A stretch of DNA of 31,374 bases, taken from positions 1 to 31,374 of the forward strand of contig CAZYRQ010000001.1 of NCBI GenBank assembly GCA_964649455.1, written 5' to 3'. The notes beneath the pieces were generated by a model that saw only the letters and a program-made list of their open reading frames with translations, was not told the DNA's origin and made no database searches. Made by a program: the position numbers and the translations under genes. Shown piece after piece: positions 1-5,823 of the stretch. This DNA comes from an uncultured Lentisphaerales bacterium (GTDB taxonomy: Bacteria > Verrucomicrobiota > Kiritimatiellia > RFP12 > JAAYLN01). Every line of letters starts with the position of its first letter. Position 1 is the first letter of the stretch.

Positions 1-60
1 ACCTGCCCCGCCTGCAAGCACCCCAAGGCCTTCTTCGAGATCGAGGCGCAGAACTTCTAG
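1..60 (+). CDS. rbr: Rubrerythrin, C-terminal fragment (gene starts upstream of the window)
   Basis: Frame +1 reads TCPACKHPKAFFEIEAQNF-stop(TAG 58-60), matching the CPxCxHP..F end of the rubredoxin-like domain of rubrerythrins. Only 19 codons are visible. Confidence 0.7.
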   Translation, partial: TCPACKHPKAFFEIEAQNF

Positions 61-68
61 CCGCGACG

Positions 69-1595
69 ATGAACAGGGCAGACGAGCCTGCACAGGCGCT
101 TTCCCAGGGCCCGTATGTCGTCCGGCGCACGGAAACGGGCTTCTGGGTCATCTGGCAGACCCCGGTCAAGACGACGGGCGGCATCCTGCTCCGGGAAGCC
201 GGCACCGGAGCGTTCCGCACATGCTGGATGGTGAACGACATCGGCGAGATCTACGGCGACAGCCTGGATCACTGGGTGTGTGTGCAGGGCCTCAAGCCCG
301 CGACCGCCTATGAGTTCCGGGTCTTCCGCCGCGACCGCGGCGGGCAGATCATCCACTTGACCGAGACTCCGTCCGTCACGTCGACGCTCGACGCGGACGA
401 AGGCACGCGCATCGTCAACGGGCCCTACCTGTTCAATGCCGACCCCCGCGCCGTCTCGGTCGGCTGGCGCACCAGCGTCCCCCTGGGCGCCGGCGTCGAC
501 ATCCGCAAGGTGGGCGAGCCCGGTTTCCGGACGGTCTGGCAGACCGTCGGGCACCAGATCCAGGTCGACAGCACCGTCCACATCATCGACATCGGCAATC
601 TCGAGCCCGGATGCGCCTACGAATACCGGCCGGTGGCCTACGACCCGGACCGGTCGCGGCGCGTCCACGGCGAGGCGCTCCACACCTTCCGGTCGTTCAC
701 GCCGAGCCGGGACGCGTACCGCATGCTCTTCCTGTCCGACCAGCACGCGCATACCGATCTCCAGACTGCCTTCCTGCGCCAGGGCGAGGTCCGGAAGGCC
801 GACTTCGTGGTCTATGGCGGCGACAACCTGTGGGACGGATTTCACGACGAGGGCGGACGCGGCCTCTTCTCCGATTTCCTCGACTGCGCCGTGGAGCACC
901 ACGCCAGGGAGATTCCGGCCGTCTTCGTCCGCGGCAACCACGAGTGGAGCGGCAGGTATTCGAACGCCTGGATGCGCTGGCTGCGCACGCGCGACGGCAA
1001 GACGTACTACGCGTTCCGGCACGGCGGGGTCTTCTACCTCGTCCTCGATTCCGGCAACTGCGGCACCGGCGACCTCTTCAGCCACGCCGAGCAGGTGTTC
1101 CAGGATCAGCGCGAATGGCTGCTCACCCAGGTGCTGCCGTCGGCTGAGTTCAGAAACGCCGCCTTCCGGGTCGTCCTCACCCACATGGCCACCCACGGCC
1201 AGAGCGACGGGCCCAGCCAGCAGATGATGCGGAAGTACTTCATGGACCTCCTCAACGGTACCGAGCCGCAGACGCGCATCCACCTGATGCTGGCCGGCCA
1301 TGAGCACCGCTACATGCGCGTCGATCCGCGCAGCCGCGCATGCAAGGTCTTCCCGTACAACCACGACGGCAGGCAGTCCCGGGCCGTCACAGGCGAGGCG
1401 TTCAACTATGCCCTGGTGTCGAACGACGGCCCGACCTGCGGCGGGCTCGACGCCACGCTCGTGATCATGGACGTCACGCCGGACAAGCTCGCCCTCCAGA
1501 CGCTCGCGCCCGACGGAACCCGGATCGACGCGTTCGCCATCGACCGGAACGGCAAGGTGACGGACGAGATGCCCGTCCCCGAGTATCCGTATTGA
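69..1595 (+). CDS. Calcineurin-like metallophosphoesterase with two N-terminal FN3-like (purple acid phosphatase N-type) domains
   Basis: 508 aa. Motifs LSDQH, GGDNLWD, VRGNHE, VLTH and LAGHEH. Two repeated segments GPY...W.T...L.P..AYE.R. No signal peptide. Confidence 0.88.
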   Translation: MNRADEPAQALSQGPYVVRRTETGFWVIWQTPVKTTGGILLREAGTGAFRTCWMVNDIGEIYGDSLDHWVCVQGLKPATAYEFRVFRRDRGGQIIHLTETPSVTSTLDADEGTRIVNGPYLFNADPRAVSVGWRTSVPLGAGVDIRKVGEPGFRTVWQTVGHQIQVDSTVHIIDIGNLEPGCAYEYRPVAYDPDRSRRVHGEALHTFRSFTPSRDAYRMLFLSDQHAHTDLQTAFLRQGEVRKADFVVYGGDNLWDGFHDEGGRGLFSDFLDCAVEHHAREIPAVFVRGNHEWSGRYSNAWMRWLRTRDGKTYYAFRHGGVFYLVLDSGNCGTGDLFSHAEQVFQDQREWLLTQVLPSAEFRNAAFRVVLTHMATHGQSDGPSQQMMRKYFMDLLNGTEPQTRIHLMLAGHEHRYMRVDPRSRACKVFPYNHDGRQSRAVTGEAFNYALVSNDGPTCGGLDATLVIMDVTPDKLALQTLAPDGTRIDAFAIDRNGKVTDEMPVPEYPY

Positions 1596-1836
1596 CGACA
1601 CCGGCGCGCCGGATCCCGCAACCACGGGCGCAGGGATTCCGGACAGCGGAAGCGCCCCCCGTGGCTCCCAGCCCCACATCCCGGCAACGGGCCGGCCACC
1701 AAATACCGCTCGAATTCACACGCCATGTGTTATAAATTCGCGACATGAATGGAAAGACTTGTGTGAAGTGCTTTCAGCGTTTCGGCTAAATGAAAGTTTT
1801 CTCACCAAAGGTGGCGGAGACAAATCGGATGTATCG

Positions 1837-1897
1837 AAAAAAAAGGTCGAAAAAAATTTCCACCCCCATTGACACCGTCCGGCCAATTTGGTAATTT
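1837..1897 (+). promoter_or_regulatory. sigma70-type promoter for the rrf2-hcp operon, with A-tract UP element
   Basis: TTGACA at 1869-1874, 17-nt spacer, extended -10 TGg-TAATTT at 1889-1897. A8 (1837-1844) and A7 (1850-1856) tracts lie upstream in an otherwise GC-rich genome. Confidence 0.65.
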
Positions 1898-1905
1898 CAT
1901 ACCAA
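1888..1905. promoter_or_regulatory. Palindromic operator candidate TTGGTA-N6-TACCAA
   Basis: Perfect 6-bp inverted repeat overlapping the -10 box, directly upstream of an Rrf2 gene. Confidence 0.55.
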
Positions 1906-1927
1906 TTTACGGCGAGTCCGGTTCTTT

Positions 1928-2407
1928 ATGAACGGTCTATTCAGTATTTCAGAGGCGTTTTCGATCGCGCTGCACCTGAGCCTGCGGCTGGCCCGCCAGC
2001 CGGAGAGCTACTGCTCGACGCGCGCGGTGGCGGAGTCCTTCGGCTTCTCCGTCCATCACGTGGCCAAGGTCGTGCAGAAGCTGGTGCATGGCGGGATCCT
2101 CGAGACGGTGCGCGGCATCCAGGGCGGCGCGCGGCTGGCGCGCCCGGCGGGCGGCATGACGCTGATGGACATAGCCGCGGCGCTCGGCGAGACACCACCC
2201 GAGGGGTGCCTGCTCCGCAAGACCGTCTGCGAGGGGAGCAACTGCCTGCTGGGCCAGGTGATCGCGGAGCAGAATGCCCGCCTGCGGGCGGTGCTGCGGG
2301 AAACAACGCTACAGGGACTGGCCGATTCGCTGGTCACGGGAACCGACGGACAAACCCGGCGCAGGAACAGGAGTACATGGCGTGAAACGCAAGATTGTCG
2401 AGATTGA
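1928..2407 (+). CDS. Rrf2-family transcriptional regulator with three C-terminal Cys (likely Fe-S binding)
   Basis: SEAFSIALH N-terminus, winged HTH with LETVRGIQGGARLARP, Cys cluster C-x6-C-x4-C. The last 26 nt overlap the next gene. Confidence 0.9.
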   Translation: MNGLFSISEAFSIALHLSLRLARQPESYCSTRAVAESFGFSVHHVAKVVQKLVHGGILETVRGIQGGARLARPAGGMTLMDIAAALGETPPEGCLLRKTVCEGSNCLLGQVIAEQNARLRAVLRETTLQGLADSLVTGTDGQTRRRNRSTWRETQDCRD

Positions 2408-3131
2408 TGAAGCCAAGTGCACGGGCTGCGGGCTCTGTATCGCCGCCTGCCACGAGGGCGCTCTGCAGTTGGTCGGCGGCAAGGCGAAACTGGTGACGGA
2501 CAGCTATTGCGACGGTCTGGGCGCCTGCCTGCCCGCCTGTCCGGCCGACGCCATCCAGATCATCGAGCGCGAGGCTGCGGCCTTCGACGAGGCGCAGGTC
2601 GCCGCCGCGCAGGCCAACAAGGCGGCTCCGCATCCGGCGCCGGCGGCCGCCGCCCCGGAGAAACTGCCCTGCGGCTGCCCGGGCACCCTGGCCCGCAGCA
2701 TCACCCGCCCGGCGACGGCCGCGGAGGCGCCGGCCGCAGCGCCTGCGACGGGCGCGCCGCCCGTGTCCAACATCGCGACCTGGCCGATCCAGATCAAACT
2801 CGTGCCGGTCAACGCCCCCTATTTCAAGGATGCCTCGCTGCTGATCGCCGCCGACTGCACGGGCTACGCCGCCGCCGACTTCAACGCCCGCTTCATGAAG
2901 GGGCGCGTGACGTTGATCGGCTGCCCCAAGCTCGACGAGGGCGACTACAGCGAGAAGCTGGCCGCCATCCTCCAGGCCAACGAGATCCGGCGCCTGACCG
3001 TCGTGCGCATGGAGGTGCCCTGCTGCGCGGGCATCGTCAACGCCGTCAAACAGGCGTTGGCCAACAGCGGTAAGCTGATTCCCTGGCAGGTCGTCACCCT
3101 CGGGGTTGACGGAACAGTCCTCGACGAGTGA
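2382..3131 (+). CDS. 4Fe-4S ferredoxin-domain protein of the type found next to hcp
   Basis: GTG start at 2382 with AGGAG 8 nt upstream. KRKIVEIDEAKCTGCGLCIAACHEGAL, CDGLGACLPACP, Ala/Pro linker, then CGCPG, WPIQIKL, LLIAADC, GCPKLD and MEVPCC. Confidence 0.88.
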   Translation: MKRKIVEIDEAKCTGCGLCIAACHEGALQLVGGKAKLVTDSYCDGLGACLPACPADAIQIIEREAAAFDEAQVAAAQANKAAPHPAPAAAAPEKLPCGCPGTLARSITRPATAAEAPAAAPATGAPPVSNIATWPIQIKLVPVNAPYFKDASLLIAADCTGYAAADFNARFMKGRVTLIGCPKLDEGDYSEKLAAILQANEIRRLTVVRMEVPCCAGIVNAVKQALANSGKLIPWQVVTLGVDGTVLDE

Positions 3132-3215
3132 GGCACCCCGTACCCCAAACCCCTACACACTTTCACGTGCGTCCCCGTTGGCCGCACATCACACCAAACA
3201 CAACGAGGAAAAACG

Positions 3216-4739
3216 ATGAATGACATGTTCTGTTTCCAGTGCGAACAGACCGCGGGCGGCAAGGGCTGCACGCGCGTCGGCGTCTGCGGCAAGAAGCCCG
3301 ACGTCGCCAGGCTCCAGGACCAGATCACGGCCAGCCTGATCACGCTGGCGCGTGCCGTCGGCGGCCAGGCCCACTGCGCCGATTGCGAGCGGGCCTTCAT
3401 GGAGGGCCTCTTCATGACGGTCACCAACGTCAACTTCGATCCGAAGGACTGCCAGGCGATGGTCGACCGGATCCAGGCGCTGGTCGCCCGGGCCGGCGGC
3501 GCGCCGGCCTTCGACGCCGCGCAGCTCTTCGCGGGCAACGAGGATGTCGTCTCGCTGCGTTCGACGCTACTCTTCGGTCTTCGCGGCATGGCCGCCTACG
3601 CCCACCACGCGCGCGTCCTCGGCAAGACCGACCCCGAGGTCTCGGGCTGGTTCGCCAAAGGGATGCAGGCTCTCGGCGAGGACCATTCGGTCGACGAGTG
3701 GCTCGGCTTGATCATGGAGTTCGGCCAGGTCAATCTGAAGTGCATGGGACTGCTCGACGCCGCCAACACCGGCGCCTACGGCAATCCCGTTCCCACCCCC
3801 GTGCCGACCACGCGCGTCAAGGGGCCCTTCGTGGTGGTCACCGGGCATGACCTGCACGACCTGAAGATGCTGCTCGACCAGACCGAGGGCAAGGGCGTCA
3901 ACGTCTACACCCACGGCGAGATGCTGCCGGCCTTCGGCTATCCCGGGCTGAACAAATACACCCATCTGAAGGGTAATTTCGGCACGGCCTGGCAGAACCA
4001 GCAGAAGGAGTTCGACAACCTCCCCGGCGTGATCCTCTACACGACGAACTGCATCATGCCGCCCAAGCCGACCTACCTCGGCAACATCTACACGACCGCC
4101 GAGGTCGGCTGGCCGGAGACGAAGCACATCGCCGCCGACGCCGCCGGCCACAAGGACTTCGGCGCGATGATCCGCCACGCAGTCCAGCTCGGCGGCTTCA
4201 AGGATGAGACGGCCGGCGAGCCGCTGCTGACCGGCTTCGGCCACGCGGCGGTACTCGGGGTCGCGGACAAGCTGGTCGCCGCCGTCAAGAGTGGCGCGGT
4301 CAAGCACATCTATCTCGTCGGCGGCTGCGACGGCGCCAAGTCAGGCCGCAACTTCTACACGAAGTTCGTCGAGGAGTCGCCGAAGGACACGCTGATCCTG
4401 ACGCTGGCCTGCGGCAAGTTCCGCTTCAACCACCTGCAGAACAAGCTGGGCGACATCGGCGGGATTCCGCGCCTGATCGACATGGGGCAGTGCAACGACG
4501 CCTACTCGGCCATCCAGGTCGCGGTCACGCTGGCCAAGGTCTTCAACTGCGGCGTCAATGACCTGCCGCTGACCCTGGTCTTGTCGTGGTACGAGCAGAA
4601 GGCCGTCTGCATCCTGCTGACGCTCCTCTCGCTCGGCATCAAGAACATCCAGATCGGGCCGTCGCTGCCGGCGTTCCTCTCGCCCACCGTGCTTAACGTG
4701 CTGGTCGAGAAGTTCAACCTGATCCCGATCAAGGGATGA
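3216..4739 (+). CDS. hcp: Hybrid cluster protein (hydroxylamine/NO reductase), class I Cys spacing
   Basis: MFCFQCEQTAGGKGCTRVGVCGKK (C-x2-C-x8-C-x5-C). Hybrid-cluster motifs TGHDL, THGEMLPA, TTNC, GGCDG, LACGK, GQCND and WYEQKA. RBS GAGG upstream. Confidence 0.97.
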   Translation: MNDMFCFQCEQTAGGKGCTRVGVCGKKPDVARLQDQITASLITLARAVGGQAHCADCERAFMEGLFMTVTNVNFDPKDCQAMVDRIQALVARAGGAPAFDAAQLFAGNEDVVSLRSTLLFGLRGMAAYAHHARVLGKTDPEVSGWFAKGMQALGEDHSVDEWLGLIMEFGQVNLKCMGLLDAANTGAYGNPVPTPVPTTRVKGPFVVVTGHDLHDLKMLLDQTEGKGVNVYTHGEMLPAFGYPGLNKYTHLKGNFGTAWQNQQKEFDNLPGVILYTTNCIMPPKPTYLGNIYTTAEVGWPETKHIAADAAGHKDFGAMIRHAVQLGGFKDETAGEPLLTGFGHAAVLGVADKLVAAVKSGAVKHIYLVGGCDGAKSGRNFYTKFVEESPKDTLILTLACGKFRFNHLQNKLGDIGGIPRLIDMGQCNDAYSAIQVAVTLAKVFNCGVNDLPLTLVLSWYEQKAVCILLTLLSLGIKNIQIGPSLPAFLSPTVLNVLVEKFNLIPIKG

Positions 4740-4793
4740 CGCGCGCCGCGATGCGCGCGCGACGCGGATGGACGGCGCGCGCGACCGTGAGTC

Positions 4794-4823
4794 GGGCCGG
4801 GGGCAACCCCGGCCCTTTTGTTT
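4794..4823 (+). terminator. Rho-independent terminator of the hcp operon
   Basis: GGGCCGGGG-GCAA-CCCCGGCCC: 9-bp stem with a GNRA loop, followed by TTTTGTTT. Confidence 0.85.
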
Positions 4824-4891
4824 GTGGAGTGTGGGCGTATGGGGTTTGTGGCCTCCCTGTTCTGCGGGAGTTGGTGTGCTGGTAAGCCCCA

Positions 4892-5019
4892 TTTCTCGCA
4901 TCCCTTTGCACTTTCGGCTCGCGGGAACGCTCACCCTCCAGGTGAGTCATCACCAACGGCTTGACGTATCGAGCTGGAGGGCGAACGTCCCCGCGCGCCG
5001 AATGCGCAAGGCCGGGCGC
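4892..5019. repeat. 128-bp REPIN-like unit, copy 1 (inverted copy at 19131-19258)
   Basis: Two opposed imperfect 25-nt GGAG-headed palindromes (4915-4939, 4976-5000) with a 36-nt spacer. Manual alignment with the reverse complement of 19131-19258 gives 13 mismatches in 128 nt and no gaps. Confidence 0.9.
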
Positions 5020-5269
5020 CTGGTGAGGCTGCAGGGTCGCTGCCAACTCTCGCAGTTTCAGGCGGCTTCCAAGTATTCGGTTGGCCACAGGGGGCGCGCG
5101 GGAAGCGCATGCGGAGTGGGCGAGAAACTTGGCCGTCCTCATCCTCGAAATCGTCACGCTGAGGGAATCCGCGCATGAACGCAAGCAGCCGACACGGCAA
5201 CACCCCATGCGCTCAGGCTCGCGCTACCGGGCGAGGCCGGAGCATGTAGTGGTTGCTGGAGTGCGACCG

Positions 5270-5420
5270 TTTTTGAGTGCGCGTGCCTGCACGCGCTTTC
5301 TATAGCGGAGCCTGCTCCGCAAGTTACGTCGCCTTTAATTTTTCATCCCCACCCCCAAGCTGGTTTCTACCGCCGCAGGCGGCGGGGCAGAAAGCGCGCG
5401 CGGGCGCGCGCAGTCAAAAA
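5270..5420. repeat. REP-like doublet (GAGTGCGCG class) enclosing two further hairpins
   Basis: 5270-5299 and 5391-5420 are inverted repeats (4 mismatches in 30 nt), each with an internal 8-bp perfect stem. Inside lie GCGGAGC-CT-GCTCCGC (5305-5320) and CCGCCGC-AG-GCGGCGG. Confidence 0.75.
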
Positions 5421-5484
5421 ACCAGGCACTCCCCAGGCGCGGGAGAGCCTGCATCATCAGCAATTCTCAATTTGGCGTCCTCCT

Positions 5485-5683
5485 CCGGTCGGGACGGAGC
5501 CCGACCCTCCAGTTCCTTGGAATAACGAGGTTCTTGCAAAACCCCTTGCTTGCAGGCGTGGCACGGGCATCTTGCCCGTGTTTCATGGGCGGGACGCCCA
5601 TGCCACGAGGGGTTTGCAAGAGCCTCTAACCCTGGTTTTCAATGATGGTTTTCAATGATGGAGGGACGACCTCCGTGTCGTCC
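5485..5683. repeat. REP-like doublet (GGAG + 7-bp stem + CTCCGT loop), interrupted by a nested insertion
   Basis: 5485-5511 is the exact reverse complement of 22903-22929, and 5659-5683 is the exact reverse complement of 22849-22873. Confidence 0.85.
5527..5626. mobile_element. 100-bp MITE-like element carrying an internal REP-like doublet
   Basis: Terminal inverted repeats GAGGTTCTTGCAAAACCCCT (5527-5546) and AGGGGTTTGCAAGAGCCTC (5608-5626), with 1 mismatch and 1 indel. Flanked by direct TAAC at 5523-5526 and 5627-5630. Core: GTGGCACGGGCATCTTGCCCGTG-TTT-CATGGGCGGGACGCCCATGCCAC. Confidence 0.7.
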
Positions 5684-5749
5684 GGCGCCTGAAATGCGGC
5701 CAAATTGGGAATTGCTGCAGCTCGTCTCAACGGCAGCACGTCTCAGCGG

Positions 5750-5792
5750 TGCAAACGCCTTGCAAACGCCTTGCACTGCAAACGCCTTGCAC
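5750..5792. repeat. Three copies of TGCAAACGCCT just upstream of the 5824 gene
   Basis: Copies at 5750-5760, 5761-5771 and 5777-5787; the last two are each followed by TGCAC. Confidence 0.9.
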
Positions 5793-5823
5793 TCGCGGGG
5801 CGGCTTTGGCATGCTTTTTATAA

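Noticed and set aside
1760-1780. CRP/FNR/HcpR-type site at TGTGA-AGTGCT-TTCAG
   Set aside because: The second half-site matches TCACA poorly, so a single good half-site is insufficient.
4737-4790. Selenocysteine recoding at the hcp UGA with a SECIS-like hairpin
   Set aside because: The position does not correspond to a conserved Cys, the readthrough peptide does not resemble Hcp termini, and GC-rich stems arise easily by chance.
4768-5305. Small ORFs at 4768-5178, 5081-5305 and 18981-19274 that resemble each other or look protein-like
   Set aside because: The shared peptide (SRIPLHFRLA...) is just the translation of the 128-bp DNA repeat. There is no RBS, no codon bias and no recognisable domain.
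5750-5792. Plasmid or phage iterons / replication origin
   Set aside because: Only three irregularly spaced 11-mers, with no rep gene, DnaA boxes or AT-rich unwinding region.
5806-5822. sigma54 promoter at TGGCATGCTTTTTATA
   Set aside because: The -24 GG is present but the -12 GC is replaced by AT, and the implied start site would fall downstream of the ATG.
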